Positions 48,881 to 63,400 of a stretch of 64,000 nucleotides of DNA are shown in pieces. The translations under genes and the position numbers were made by a program. Every line of letters begins with the position of its first letter. Position 1 is the first letter of the stretch. The stretch covers positions 543,877 to 607,876 of the forward strand of contig NW_005434666.1 of NCBI RefSeq assembly GCF_000315625.1. The letters run 5' to 3'. Below the pieces are notes generated by a model that was given only the letters and a program-made list of their open reading frames with translations, was not told the DNA's origin and searched no databases. The stretch is from Guillardia theta CCMP2712. Lineage: Eukaryota; Protista; Cryptophyta.

Positions 48881-50264
48881 TCATAGAAAGCTCGCCTCAG
48901 AGATTAGCAAGAGGACAGCAGTCTCTTCCTAGAACCTAGAGCAGGGCACACAGGATGTCAGCTCCTCCACGATGCAAGTCATGACTCGAACAAACCTCCT
49001 TTGAGCAGCTAAACCCAGCGAACCGCAGCGATCTGTCTGCCTTGTCACGGGACCACGGTCGGTCAGGTCACCATGCTTGTACGGGCCAGTCATCAGTTTC
49101 TCGAAATGATATGTTTTCATGCTATGACTGGATGGATCTGAAACCAAGCGATGTGGTTTCGGATTTTTGTGTTTGTAAAGCCCCCCCCCCTCCTGGCTTT
49201 TATGTATCCTTTCCACCCGCAACCCTCACACACTCATCCTCGTCTCACTCCCCCCTACCTCAACAGCGTTCCTACCCTTGATCAAACTCTCCATTTGCAT
49301 ACCATGTGCAGCCAAGACTTCCTTCCTTCAGTTTACCAAGAAGCTCGTGATAGCCATGACTCGTCATACGCAATCCACCACCAATGCTCCAAGCACAGAA
49401 GGCCCTCATCGAAGGCTTCGATCCCATCATGCTTTAGGCCTTCAATCGATAGGCATGGAAACTTTGCAACTAATGGTGGATATTCCAAGCTTCGGATCTT
49501 TGAGCGAACTGTAAATACTCCATCGATGACAAGAGATGGTAACATCGTTACAGAGGACGGGACTCGATGGCTGTCCTTCAAAGGAAAAGAAGTAAACTGT
49601 TAATTACGATAACGGAGATAGAAACAAACTTCTGTAATTAAATGGTGTACATGAAAAGATTCTCTTTCCCTCTAAAACTGCATAAACCTCAAGCTATGGT
49701 GCATTCATGCTGCTCTCCCCTTATCCCATTCTGACTGCCTGCCAGTGAATCAGAAAGTCTGTATCATTAATAAAAGAAGTATTCCATCTGAGGTCTGATT
49801 TTCAATGATGACCACAATCTTCAACAGTAATAAAGATCCACGATCTTCACTTTTATTTTCCAGATTGTGCTCAGCCAGATCAATTGATCGGCAAGGAGGC
49901 TTGGGACCCAGATTTTCTCCTCCTGCAAGACATCTGTCCTCTCTTCACTTGCTCGTTCAATCAATGGATACACAGTCATTCCCTCCCTCCCTCCCTCCCT
50001 CCCTCCCTCCCTCCCCCCTCCCCCTACTAATTGAGCTATCCTTTATACTCAAAAGTTGAAATGGAGCTACACTTTTTGTCGCTGAGGCGGGTCCGCATCA
50101 GCGCCATGAAGGGACGCGAATGGTAGGAGTAGCTGAGTAAGAGAAGCGAGAGGACGAGGCCGGGGGGAAGAAGAAAAGCAGCAGGAGCAGGAGCCCCACC
50201 ACCTACACGGGCATCACGAGCAGGAGCACAAGTCTGTTGTCGGCATCCAAGCTCTGCGGGGAGG

Positions 50265-52088
50265 ATGTGGCGATATTTGCTTCTCTGTTCGGCCGTGCTG
50301 ATACTGCTGGTAATGCTGTGTTTCCAAGTTCTCTAGATCTCCCCATGAGTTCTGATGCACTCCTTGCAAGATTGCGAGCAGCCTGCCAAAACATTCCAAT
50401 GTCATCATGGTGAGTGCTCTCCAATAATCGCTGCAAGGTTGTGGTGATGCGTTTGGATCGGGTAGATGAGCGAACGGGCTGTAGTGAGCGACATCGGAAA
50501 CATCCCTACCTTGCAGTTTCCTTCACGACGTGAGGATGCAAGAGGCATACAAGTATGTGACATGATTCACTATCGACCATGCGCTCATTGTTGAACTTGG
50601 AAGGACCGAGGGAGGTCGCTCAAACAGTCTTTGAGACAGCTCATAGACAACATTGGAAGGAGCAAAGTAGTGGAGAAGTCCTTGCGAAGTATGCTCTAAC
50701 AACCTCGACCATCATGTCGTTTGAACAGAACTGACTTGCTCCCTTTGCAAACCAGTTCCAGGACCACTTGCAAGCAAGAAGCACGGCAGGACCTCGAAAC
50801 TGGGTTACGAAGATCCATATCACCATGAACCGTACGACAAGAAGATGGAGCTGCAAGAGTGGTCCAAGATGGCTAAATCCTTCAGGCTCAGCCATCCTGG
50901 TCTTGACCCCAAGGTGCTCCATGTCTGCTCATGACCAGGAAGTGATACTCAACTTTCGCATGTTTAGCAAGAGCAAGCGGCTTTGGACACGCTGTGGCGG
51001 GACGTTCATCCATACTTCTATCACGCATATGGACCGAAGGTGCCTGCCTGCAATCTTTTGTGCCATGGTTGATCGGTGAACAGCGCAGAGCTGGCGAGAG
51101 TGAACAAGATGGAGATATGAATGAGGTAGAAGGTCTAGGGGAAGGCAGACAACACTGATGGGCCACTAGCAGGAGCAGGTGGATAATTACCATGATGCCA
51201 CCACGGGGAAATCTTCAGCTGGCAACGTTGCAAACGTCGGAGGATATTCTATGGAGAATGTAACTCTACTTTGCAACTTTCCCCTGGTGCTGCTATAGAG
51301 GCTCAAGCTTTGTATGTGCCCAGGTGCCTGCCACAGTCCTCGCTCCTCCTGACGATGGAGTACGCGATTTCAACGGTCAGACTGCAGTGATTGCTCGCCT
51401 GCCGAACTTGGGACACGTAGCAGCCGTTGGAGGGTCAGGGTCTCTGTCGTGATGATGCCTGCAGGGTCGAACGGCTCTCGATGAATTCCACAAGGAAGCG
51501 CGAGGATCTTTTGCTGTCCGCGTCTTCGGGGCTTCCGGCCAACCTGAGATTGAGGTGCGCCTGCTCCTCGCGTCCAGTTGCTGCACTGAGTCACTAGTAC
51601 GTGCCGACAGGTCACCAGACCTTGGAGCGGCATGGCTGGGCCGTTCCGGTGCACATACAGGGGATATCGTCACCTTAAACAGGACTTCTCGGGCACGGCT
51701 GTGGTATGCGCGTAGAGAGACAAGGAGGGTTTGAGTGAGGATTGTGTTAGGCGACGGGCTTCAAGCGCGTGTTTCTCTCGCAAGGAGGAAGAATTCTAAC
51801 GGGAATGACCATCTCACCATCCGGTTCCTTAATTTAATGTAGAAGAGGTTTGAGGGAGTTGACTCTTCAGCAGGCAATCCTGATGAGTTCGATGTGATGA
51901 CCTGCCGCGATAGCTTGACGGGGGAAGTTCAGTACTTTAAGCTTCATCCCGAGGTACTGCTTGACGCTCATACCTTTCCTGCTCACGTTGCTCTTGCAGC
52001 TTGTGCTCTCCAGGATGCGAGAAATGTATTGCAATGGCGATATACCGAGCGGGTCCATTGGAGGGTGCGGATTTTGATAGATTCTTAA
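50265..52088 (+). CDS. Hypothetical multi-exon protein with possible signal peptide
   Basis: MWRYLLLCSAVLILL, then GT-AG-bounded open segments (e.g. LGYEDPYHHEPYDKK..., QEQAALDTLWRDVHPY...) to ...VRILIDS*. No homology recognised. Confidence 0.35.
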
Positions 52089-52276
52089 GTTCAGTGAAGG
52101 AGCTATCAATACAGCAAGGAGCTTGGCACTTCTCATTCACAACAATTTCTTTACCCTTAACTCCATCCCCAGCAACCCAATCCCAGAGTTCAAAACCTCA
52201 AACCAGTCACTCATCCACTTTGTCGGTTTATTCCACTCATTCATTCAATATTGCACAAGTCGGGGTTCTGGAGTAT

Positions 52277-53761
52277 TTACATGGCCATCTCACCAAGAAT
52301 GTTCGGCACGTGCGGAGCGCGAGGCTCAGGCTCGAACATCCTGGCTGTCCTAGGACTCTGTGCAGGAGGAAAGAATCTGTCCTGCACAAGGTTGGGAGCG
52401 AATCCTGGCTCGTCATGGAGGCCCCACAGATCTCCTTTGTCACGCGGCTGCTTCTGCACAAGTCTCAGGTGAGGCCAAGGGATGTCATCGTCGATCTTAC
52501 CGGCAGCCCTCCCAACGACAGACTGTACATACCGCGATCGACATAGTCATGGTCGAACAAGGGGCCATCCAAGCTCTTGCGCAACAGCTCTTTGTGCAGG
52601 TGATCATCCCCTGAGCGCAAACCCGACGGCACCGGGTTCATGTCTGTCGCAGGATTGATCGAAGATTGAGCAGTGAGCATTGAAGATTTGAGTTGTTCGA
52701 GCTCTTTCGCCTGAGCTGCGCAGAGGCTTCGTAATGCGTTCAAGTCCTCGATGCCTTGCAAATCGGGAGAGGATTTGAAATTTTCTTTGTGCAGCTTTTG
52801 GACTTCGACAAGTAGTTTCTTCGCTCTTGAGTGAACTCCATAGTATGCACCCTCCATCTTACCGACAGCGATATAAATCTCATCCAAAGAAGCCTTAATT
52901 CCATCGGATTTCATGTCATTTGCATGCTTTACGTGACTGGCTTCTTCGTAATGGCGGAATCTCAGGTTGTTCATCACTGTTAAAGTATTGTCGATTAGAG
53001 CTATTGGGGTGGTGCCATCTTTGGCGGAATAGTTTGGCACTCCTTCTTTCAAGAGCATCAAATTTTCGAAGATTGTGCGGTACATCCTGACTTCGTCTGC
53101 GTCTGCTCGCATGATATCAACTTCTTGGAAATTTGCTGAAGATTGGCTCCGTACTCTTAGTTGAACCCAGCTTTTGAAATCAGAGTCAAACAGAAGAAAA
53201 CCTTCAGCACAAGCAAAACAATTACCTTCCAGGCTTGTCACATCCTTGCAACAATTTGGTAACATTATGCGGGGTTGCATCCTTTCCATCTACACTCAAT
53301 ATTTCATCGTTCACGCAGAGTCGCTTTGACGCAAATGCAGGGCCGCCTGGCACAATCCCACGGACAACAAGTCCGTTCAGATGCAAACCAAGAGATGTCC
53401 TTGGACTTGGCCTTGGATCTGACAAGACGTTTTCCTCGCTCGATATCTTTCGGATCCTCTCAGTTGCAAGTCTTGCCTCCGACGCGTACTTCGCCACGTC
53501 TGAAGGACCAAGGGTTCAGCAATGTTTTAACGACTTGCACGAGTCATACAGGTGTTCGACAAGCTCGAGGAGGACAGTGAGTCGTCCGATTCACTGCGGA
53601 AGCTTCCAGAGTGCACTGAAGATGTGCTCATCATCTCCCTATCAACGAGTTGTGCAATTAGATCGTGCTGAACAGCAAGAAACTTCAAAAATTACGACAT
53701 GCATTTACGCTCACCTTGTCATCTTTGACGGACTGTTAGGAGAACCGAAACTTTTAGACAT
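52277..53761 (-). CDS. PDZ-domain plus coiled-coil protein
   Basis: SLGLHLNGLVVRGIVPGGPAFASKRLCVNDEILSVDG...LLQGCDKPG|..VQLRVR. Confidence 0.75.
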
Positions 53762-54079
53762 CAACAGCCTTGAATCTTCAGTAACGATTAGATGAAACTT
53801 GAAGGTATGTAAACAGTCAACGGCAAAAAACAGTTATTGGCAACATTTCGTCTAACATGTTAAAATTTGAGAGTGTGTCACATGAGCTAGGGTGGTGGGT
53901 ATCCTTTGCATTTGCATTGGGTCGTCTCATGCGACCCTGCCGCATGTGACCTTTTAAACCAGGCTAACTTGTCCCACCGAGCTAAACCTCTGCTGGTATG
54001 ATGAGAGCTGCCATGATAAGCTCATCGCATGCACTTCATGATGTCAGGGCAGGTGGCGCATGCGAGGCATCGCTCTCCG

Positions 54080-54310
54080 ACCCCCGGCGGGCCCATGCCT
54101 CCGCTGAGACAGGCTCGCGGTGGGGCCATTGTATGGCTCCCGGGCCCGGCGGTCCGCCAGGTCAAGTTTTTTTGAGAGCTACCCCTGATGTGAACTGATA
54201 AATGAGTGGTGGGGGTCACTACCCCTACCCACCTCACTTGGTCAGATTCGGCTAAAGCCATTACCGTTATTTTGAGGTGCTCAAAGGGGGTAGTGGCATA
54301 GAAGAAGTGG
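54080..54310. promoter_or_regulatory. Divergent promoter with CCCGGGCCCGG island and TACCCCTACCC/GGGGTAG motifs
   Basis: Same motif classes as at the other head-to-head junctions. Confidence 0.45.
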
Positions 54311-54833
54311 GTGGGTCGTCCAGAAAGACGAAACCAAGGAAGATGGTAGACCATTTCATCAACTGGAATAAATTTCTTACTATGTGGTTGAAATTGCCAT
54401 GAAGTTGGCGACAAATAGTGACATCAATTTCATTAAATCATGAAAACTTCTAAAACTATTTCAAAACAAAATGAGGGAATTACAGAATCTTTGTTGAATA
54501 AAACCCTTTTCGGAAAAATGATCACTTCCGCGATGAAGAGCAGCGGAGGGTTTGGTAACTGAGATGGAGAGGTCGACGAAGATGAGCAGGGGGACAAGGA
54601 ATGGTGGGGGTAGAAATCCAACACGGTGCCGATAGGTTGTTACATGAAAGTGATAGGAGGGCAATGAGGTGGGAAAGTAGCACTTCAGCGATGGTTGAAG
54701 CAACACAAAACAAGGTTGACAACAAACAGGATTATTCTGAGATTTGGCATACTGAGGATTGCACAACATCTTGATAGCTTGTCCAGTATTGGAAGCATAG
54801 GCATCCATTGCAGCTTGTTAATCATGCGTTTAG

Positions 54834-55465
54834 ATGTCGGGGGCTCCAAAGTTGTCTACGACGCTGGCTATCTCAGCACGTCAAACGATGCAAAAGGAGT
54901 CTGTGTATCATAGTACACTGCTGCTGTTCAGGTACAGGGAACATGATCTTGAATCAGATGACACTCACACGTTGAATCATTTCAGGCATGTACAAAAGAG
55001 TATCCCAGAGCTTTTGAAATTGTATGGGATTGATGCAGATCCAAAGAAAGTGCGAGGAAACATCAAGGCAGAGTTCCGAAAGTTCGGAAAGGAGCCCTTG
55101 GAGAATGGTGTATCCAACATGCTCGTGAATAAAGGACAGGTGCAGTCAATCGAGGTTTGAGCTCTGTGGGGTCTGAAGGAGGGGTATGCAGATGGAGCTC
55201 GACGAGGCGAAGGCACAATGGAAGACCCGCACGCACATCCTCAAGTGCCGAATCACGATGACGAGTCTTGTTCTAACAAGATGACTTGCAGGTATGTCTA
55301 CGACATTGTGTCCGAGCCCCATCTTGCTCGTTCAAAGGTACAGGTTGCAACCCTGGTGCGCTGTTTTTGATGTGCTTTTTTCTCTCGATACAGCTGCAAA
55401 AGACTCCTCTCAGCGCTCGCTACAAGAATTTGGCACCAGAGGATTTGGAATTTCTCAACTCATAA
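54834..55465 (+). CDS. NDUFA6: Complex I subunit B14 (LYR family)
   Basis: LLLF|RHVQKSIPELLKLY...VRGNIKAEFRK...MLVNKG|..MELDEAKAQWKTRTHIL. Confidence 0.8.
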
Positions 55466-55650
55466 TCCTGATCGGTCCATTGGACGACTTATGTGTGATT
55501 CGAGATCGAAATGTGGCACGCAGTGATCACCCACTGAAGTCAGTTCTAGTTTGTTTATAATGAAGAGAAATCGAAATTTTGGAACATCGTTTGAACCTAA
55601 TGAAAATTTGTTGTTGTTATCAGATTAAAGAGAGGTCGACGCGAGCAATT

Positions 55651-56746
55651 TCATTGAACGGTTCGTAACACGTTGGTCAGAATGTGTCCATCAAACAAAT
55701 ATCCCGATGTTGCCCACTTGACAGGGATTATGGGTCCTGAAAGCTTCGAACCATCTTCCTTCTGATGATGCCGTGTCGTACACTGTACTAATTGGCCAAC
55801 TGGTTCGCCAAACACATCAAGTTCAGACTCTTGGAAGGGTCTTTCTCCGCCTGGTTGACTTCTGTTGTAGTGAGATTTGACCTCGAGTTTTCCGTCCAAA
55901 GCATCCAGCATTATGATCGGAGTCTTGGTACTTTGCATCCCTTCACAAACCGGACGAAGCCAGCCCTGCAAGTCAGATATTGGATAACGACCCAAATATG
56001 CATCTCGCTCAATCATTCGCTCGATCTTTGTCGTCATTTCATCACAGTAATTTTCTCCATCTATGCACAGGCCATGCAACGATATCAGAAAACGGCCGGC
56101 CTTCTGGATATTCGAGACCATGTTGTCCAAAACTCTCGACATGATTATGTCCCTACCAGATCCCCCTTCTTCTATCCCTCCTAGAACATCTCCACCGTGA
56201 TCTAGACCAACCACAATATCCCAAGGTTTGTTTGCGAACTGCATACTCAGTCTGTACAAATCATGTGCTAACTTCTCATGTTGTGCAGGATCTGATACAT
56301 TTAGACGGCATATGATTGGTGACATAACTTCACTTCCAAAAACTTTCTGGTGTGGTATAGTTTGCTCGTACAAGACTGTCCCCACCCACCTGGGCCTCGG
56401 GGCATCTGTGGTGCCGACGTTCTCATGCAAGTACTGCGGATGATGCTTTCTCTCTTGTGTGAACAACAGCTGATTGAGATCAGGAATAGGATAGGCGTCC
56501 TGCACTTTCTCTTCTCCTTTGACTCCTTTCACGGTGCCATATGTCACTGCAGCGGTCGGCTCAAGGGTTTGCAAGTATCGAGCTAAGGCATATGCGCCCT
56601 GCGCGTCCGCCCCTGCGAAAGAGCAAGTTATGGAGAGGAGAGGAGAGGAGATTTGAACCTCCTCCCAAGCCTAGCACAAGGATGTTGCAGTCCTTTGACA
56701 AGACATCGTCGAAACAACCGCTTCCTGGCTTCACGTTCCTTGCCAT
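55651..56746 (-). CDS. DUF1152-family protein
   Basis: Spliced ILVLGLGG|GADAQGAYALA; VGLDHGGDVL..IEEG...RD; HGLCIDGE; YLG. Confidence 0.7.
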
Positions 56747-56799
56747 CGTTCAACAGTCAACCTCACAGGCTACACCATGACATTCAGCTACCATACACG

Positions 56800-57125
56800 G
56801 CCTTCAGAACGGCCGGCGGGGCCCGGCGCGCCGGCCGCGCCGGCCGGGCCCGGGCCCGCAGCCTGGTAACAAGTCCTTTACGTACGGTACCAGTAACTTG
56901 ACCCGCCGGACTCCTCACCGGGCCGTCTGGCAACTTACTGACATCACTTACAACCTCTGCACGTTGATGAATGGCGGAACTTGTGACAACTTGACGCCCG
57001 GCCGCCCGGTCAGGGGAAAATACCCTACGCTGGCTGCATGTGTCTGTCCGATCAGCCATACCGTACAGGCTACTTTTTACTCAAACGTACTACTAGTACC
57101 GCCCCCCCCCGGCCGGGGCGGGCAC
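56800..57125. promoter_or_regulatory. Divergent promoter with CCGG palindrome island (DUF1152 / channel)
   Basis: ggccggcggggcccggcgcgccggccgcgccggccgggcccgggccc, tacgtacggtacc and ccccggccgggg. Confidence 0.5.
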
Positions 57126-57463
57126 GTTATCGGATAGTAACGATCCAAGAATAGCTCGCACAAACCGATGCTGTCGGGAAAAGGACGGAGGGAGAGACCA
57201 AGGCTGGCATAGCCTGCGGTTGGGACTTGCTCTCCAGGGCAGCCGCTCCTCATGTGAGACTCAGTGAAATTGAAGGTTGCCTCTTCTGTAATGACAGATG
57301 CTTCTCACTTGCATGACGACGAGTTTCTCTATTGCAGCTTACGTCAGCAACATGTTTCTTTCTAGATGCTCCAGATATCACTCGCACCGTCCTGATCATT
57401 TGTCGTGAAACTTTGAGATCCGCTCACTGATTCGTTGGAAGTCACCGGCCTCGTCTAGAGAAA

Positions 57464-60400
57464 ATGCCACGATCTTGGAGGGAAGAATGGATAGCAGGAC
57501 CGCACCATCCGGACAACAGGTCTCTCGTTGGAAGATTCTTCTTCTGGTTGATAAACTCAAGGTTTTGGGAAAATCTCTTCTTGATGTACATTTTCTTCAA
57601 CACAGTTATCAAGCTCAGTGATCTGAGAATACAGCCTCAGTCCTACACAGACTTTCTGCTATCCGTCTCACTCTGCTCGTGCATTGTCTTTAACTCCGAG
57701 TGGTTGGTGGGTCTGCTTACGGTTGGGTACGTGGAGTTTTTCTCCGACAACTGGTATCGTCTTGATACTGCCGTCAACATCATGAATTGGGGTTCATACC
57801 TGACGGAGATTCAAGTCTTTCCTTATGCTGTCGGACTTGCTTTTCCCAATATTGCATTTCTGCGCATGTTGAGATTTTTGAAGCCACTGGGTAGGATAAG
57901 AGTTCTATTGCCTTCCAAAGTGGTTGTACAGACTGTCAAATCCGCTATAACCAGTATGGCTCCAGTGCTTGCTCTTTTGGCGTTCGCTCTTCTCTTCTTT
58001 GGTGTGGTTGGAATCTATCTGTTCGGAAGTCTTGGGCAGCTTTACTACCGTTGTGGTAGAGCTTTGACGATCAAAGAAGCCTTTCACTTTTACAATCCTG
58101 AAAAATACAAATCAAGCCCATTGAATACCATCAACTTTAAAAATTGTTCTGTGAATATGCCATTATACCAGGAATATCTCAAAGCCGCCCAGGACAACAA
58201 TGCTGATCTTAGCAATTTTCCATGGACCACCATAGTAAATGGAGCTCCAATCTCCGACCTGAGTGTCGGGGGCCAGCAGTACACTTGCGCTGAGCTGACA
58301 CCATTGAAGCTGTGCACGTAATCCCCAGCCTTCTTGCTGCAATTCTTCTCTGATTCGCTTTCTGTCAGATGCCCTCAGTTGGACGCCTATAACTCACCAG
58401 TATGCGTTGACCTTACCGGCTCCTGCGGGACAGACTTGTGTTTCATGGGAGATGTCCCTCCCATAAGTGTTATGCTGGGATTTGACAACATGGCTGTAGC
58501 TGCGCTGGTGAGTACTTGATATGATGTGGGCGGGTAGAACCCTACTTACCGAGTTGATAGACGGTGATGGCTGTCTTCTACCAGAAGAAGTGGTCTCTTT
58601 TGATGGATGCGTGTACGCAAGCGACTGGATTGCCTGCGGTCATCTACTTCATGATCACTGTCTTCCTGGGCTCGTTCTGCTTGCTGAATTTGACAGTCGC
58701 CACGGTTGGACAGAATTATGCAAGAGTCAAGAAAGAAGCCGAAGCGAAGATGGCAAAGAAGGTATGTTTGTGTGAAACGAAATGTACACTGAAAATACAC
58801 ATCAGGAAGAGGAGGTTGCGAGAAAAGCAAAAATTCAGGCAGAGAGGGATGAGATGAAAAGAAAGCAGGGAAAAGGAAGCACGGACGACAACAACCAAGC
58901 TGGTGATCATGAAGTCATACTTCTCTTTGATCCTTTTACAATTCAGAAGTTGTGGCTTTTGGGGTTTGTTGGAATGCCCTTCATACACAGAATTTACTTG
59001 AAAACATATTCATTTGAAACTCCACCGTTCATACCAAAGAAAGAGATGGAAAAATGGAGATTTCCTTTTTGTCGATCATGGTTCTGGTTTGTAATACGTT
59101 GCATATCGTTGAATTATTTTTTGTTGGGATGGATTTCAGACCTTTTTCTTGTATCCCAATTGAACAAGGTGGCGTCTGAATGGGAGAACGAAAGGATCAA
59201 AGCAAAGAAGATTGCCTGCTATCAAAAGCTGAAATCTGAAATCGCCAGAGTTTCTGTGATGCAGGGCGCAAGCAACAATCTTGTCTTAGCAGGTCGATTT
59301 ATCATCTACCCTCAAAACAACCTCGAGCTTCTTCCGTGCTCTAAGACTAGGCAATACCTCGAAGGGAAACTGCTTCAGTTTCAAATCGAAAATGCAGACC
59401 TGCTGGATGAATTAGGAGAGGAGGATGAGGAGGATGACTTGAGCCAGGAAGATTCATCAGACTCTCAAGGTATCGACTCGAGCAATTCAAGTCATGAACC
59501 AGCTACTGAGGGAGCAAAGGGCAAAGCTGACGCAGGCACCTCCTTCTTTGCGCTATTGGCAGATTTTGTGGTGCTTCTCAATGCAGTTGGCTTGGCTGCG
59601 AGTGGCTTCAATTTGTCTATGAATCCGTTCTTGAGCGACATTGGATATTTTGCATTGTTTTTCTTCATTGCTGAAGCGGCAATCAAAGGTTACGCTTATG
59701 GAGGTTTGCAGTATTACCTTGTGGAATTATCGAATATATTTGACTTTTCTCTCGTGGTTATTCCCGTGATTGGGAAGATTACAACTTTTGTGACAGGAAA
59801 TATTTTGGGTCTGGGGTCAGATTACATCTTCCAGATGGTTGCTCTGGAATCTTTCAGGGCTTTTCGCATCGCTAAGTTAGTACGACACCTCACAGGCTTG
59901 CGTAGGCTTACTGCACAAGCTTTTGGAAGTCCAACGAATATGTTCTATACTATGCTGGTGACATTGATTTTCATAGCCTTCAGTTCACTGTTTGGACACG
60001 CATTGTTCAAGAGCTCAGTTGCCTTTGCCAAACGGAGAAATGATTACCAGTACTTTGCTGCTGCTATGCTAGCACTGTGTGAATTTTTGTTCGGAGAAAG
60101 CTATTTTCATAATCTTGAAATTGGATACAGCGACAGTAATGTAATTGGATTATTTTTCTTTGTAGCATATTACTATCTTGCAAATTTTATTGTTCTTCGC
60201 ATATTTATAGCCCTCATCATGGAAAATTTTGAATTTGATGAAGACGAAAAAATTGCGATGCAGATTCAATTGTTCCAACGAGATCAAGTGTTGAGAAACG
60301 ATCTGATAGACGGCAAAGCTAAGAGTTTTCCATTGGAAGAACAATGGGGCCGTCTGAGGAAACAAAATCTTGACCCAGACAAACTGAAGGAGTTTCAAGA

Positions 60401-63400
60401 CAGATGGAGCAAAGCTGTTGCAGAACGAGCCGCAGAGGAAGGAGTTGCAGGACGAGAAGAATCAAAGCCGCTGTGGGAAGTTGTCATTGAATCCGCCGAG
60501 AATCAGAACATCGCACATGGATATGATTCGCATGGAAAAGCTTCGTTCATACTAACTCTGATGTCCTTGTATACCGCACTGAGGATGTTTGTTTATGATC
60601 TCGTGGAAAACAGATGGTTCAATTTGCTTGTGGCGACAGCGATTGTGATGTCGGTCGTTGTGCTGCAAATCGATCCTCCAACCGCCCCCATATTCCCGGA
60701 CAGTGTTCGTCATCTAATTGACGTTGGCTTCTTTACATTCTTCACATTTGAAATCTTGATGCGAATGATGGCGTTTGGCTTGTTTCATCAAGCGCAACCC
60801 GTCAAAAAGACTCTTGAGTTCCCCCAGGGAAAGCCACCCTTCTTTTCAGTCACCGAAGAAGGTGGTTGGAATACCATGGACTTTATCTTCATATTGATTT
60901 TGGTGGTCGATGTTTTCTCCAACGCATCACTAGGTAATTTCAAAACCATTAGAATTATCAGGGTGATCCGACCATTGCAATCCAATGTTCCCATAGTGAA
61001 AAGCCTGCTTGCAGCATTGTTCTCCAGTCTGACCAAAATTTTTCATGTTCTAAATTTGCTTGGCATTCTTTCCAGTATTTTCGGAATTATTGGACTCTCT
61101 TTGTTTCAGGGTCGGATGAATTCCTGCAACGATGATGCTATCGCAAATTTTGAACAATGTATTGGGAACAACTATGGCGGATTACCAAAGGTCCCTTGCA
61201 ATTTCATGGATCCAAAGCATCCCAATGGAACTCTATGCTCCAACAAAGTAGGCTCGTTCTTGTATCAGCAGATTCTAGTTCCACGGGTATGGTCAACAAA
61301 TCCCGAAAACTTTGAAAATTTCGGGGATGCATGTATCACGCTCTTGCGATTAGTCGCTGCAGATACATTGAGGCCAATTTTTCATTCAATGATGGACATT
61401 CCGAGAAGAACTCAAATTGTTTGCAGCGACGGTAGTATCGGTGATAATGGATGCCCCAACGGAGAGCCGCCGTACATCGTCTCTGAACAGCCTAGCGAGA
61501 ATCCAGCGGGAAGTGCGAATGTTCTGTTTGCGATAACTTACATCTTCATCGCCAACGCTTTTGTCTCGCAATTGGTGATCGGTGTCATGATAGACAACAT
61601 CCGACGACAGACTGGTACTGCACTCTATACCGAGGATCAGCGCAAATGGTATGCGACGGGAGAGACGATGAAGAGGAACTTGTCGTTGAAATTGAGACCA
61701 GTGAAACCAGTCAACAAGTTCAGCATTTGCGGGAATTTTAATGTATATATGCCAGGAAGAGAACAGCTCTATGACATCTTGAACAGCGAGACCTACGACA
61801 ATCTGATGATGATTATCATTATTCTCAACACTCTCTGGATGGCTACAGAGCATTTCCCTTCTGATTCATTATACAGAGACATCAAGGTGTACCTGAGCAT
61901 CATCTTTACAATCATTTACACTGTTGAGCTCGTTGCCAAGATGTATTCCTTTGGTGTTATAACTTGGCTCAAGGAACCACCATCTGGACAGCATGTAAAG
62001 GGAAAATTGCGTGTATGGAGCCCGTACTTCAGAGACAACTGGAACTGTTTCGATTTTTGCATAGTCATGTTGAGCTTGCTGGATGCGAGTGGTTTGCTCA
62101 ATGGTCTGACGTTCCTGAGATTACTTCGAGTCTTGAGGTTGTTCCGACTCGTGCGGAGAGTGAAGACATTGCAGCTCATGGTTCAAACGCTGCTCGGGGC
62201 GATTCCATCCATCCTTAGTGCACTCTTCTTCCTCGGGATATGGATTTTCCTCTTTGCTTCTATTGGAATGGATCAAAGCATGTTTCCCAACGTGAAAATC
62301 GGTATCGTCATTGATAGCAGATGGAACTTCACATCGTTGTACAATTCGATGATGTTGCTATTCCGCATTGCTACGGGAGATTCGTGGTTTGACATCGTGT
62401 ATGATGGAGCTGTGTTACCGCCATACTGTACTGCCAACCCGGCGGCAGAGCATCCTATCCTGCTTGCAGGAGTGCCGGGAGATTGTGGGATCGGGTCAGG
62501 ATCTTACATCTACTTTCTCGGGTTCTGGCTGGGCTGCAACTTTGTGTTCGGACCATTGTTTGTCGCAACGCTGATCAACTACTTCTTCGAGGCGCAGGTG
62601 GACGTAGTTTCTCTCTTCAACAGAGACGATTGCGAGCTCTACGCGTCTGTGTGGTCTGAGTTTGACGAGAACGGCATCGGAAGGATCTCCATCGAGAACT
62701 TGAGGCCCTTCATAGAACGACTTGCCGAGGTCGGGCACCGCGTGGGTTTCAGGACGTCGGAGAGCCCAGAGAGGTTCAAGAGCATTTGGTCGCGGGTAAT
62801 GGCAGACCCTCTCAAGTTTCCAGAGCAAGGCCTCCTTGTAGCACAAGAAAAGGATAGAGAGAGACTTGGACTGAGCAAGATAGACCGAAACAACATCATC
62901 AAAGCATCGCTGAATACTCAGAGGGCCAAACAAATCCGTAAATACATCTATGAGAATACCTTTGTGCAAGAGAGGAACGAAGTTGGATTTCACTACCTTG
63001 CAAAAGTTCTTGTGATTCATCAAGAAAACATAAAAGCTCCACTGACGACATCTGACCTTATCAATCGGGGCGCTGCCTTTCAACAGTTCATGGGTTTGTT
63101 GAACTACCACGAGATCCCTGGTCGTGAAGGGAAGGAAAATCAGAGATGGCAAGCGCTGGAGATTCACAATCGGTTGCTTTCTCCGCTCGATGCCAAGAAG
63201 GAGAAGTCTGGTGCAAGGGCCATCGACGTCTCACAGCTGCCGAGGATTTTCATGGCGATCGCGTACGTGAAGCAAGAGCTTCGTCCGAGAAGAGTCGGCG
63301 ATGAGGAGGTGAACAGGCCGACGGGAACCAAGAGGGAGGCGCTTGTCAGGAAGATAGCCTCTCTGCAGGATAGCTTCGACGAGATCATCAGCTCCCTTGT

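Noticed and set aside
48900-50100. ORF 49151..49603 and neighbours
   Set aside because: No recognisable motif or consistent exon chain; left unannotated.
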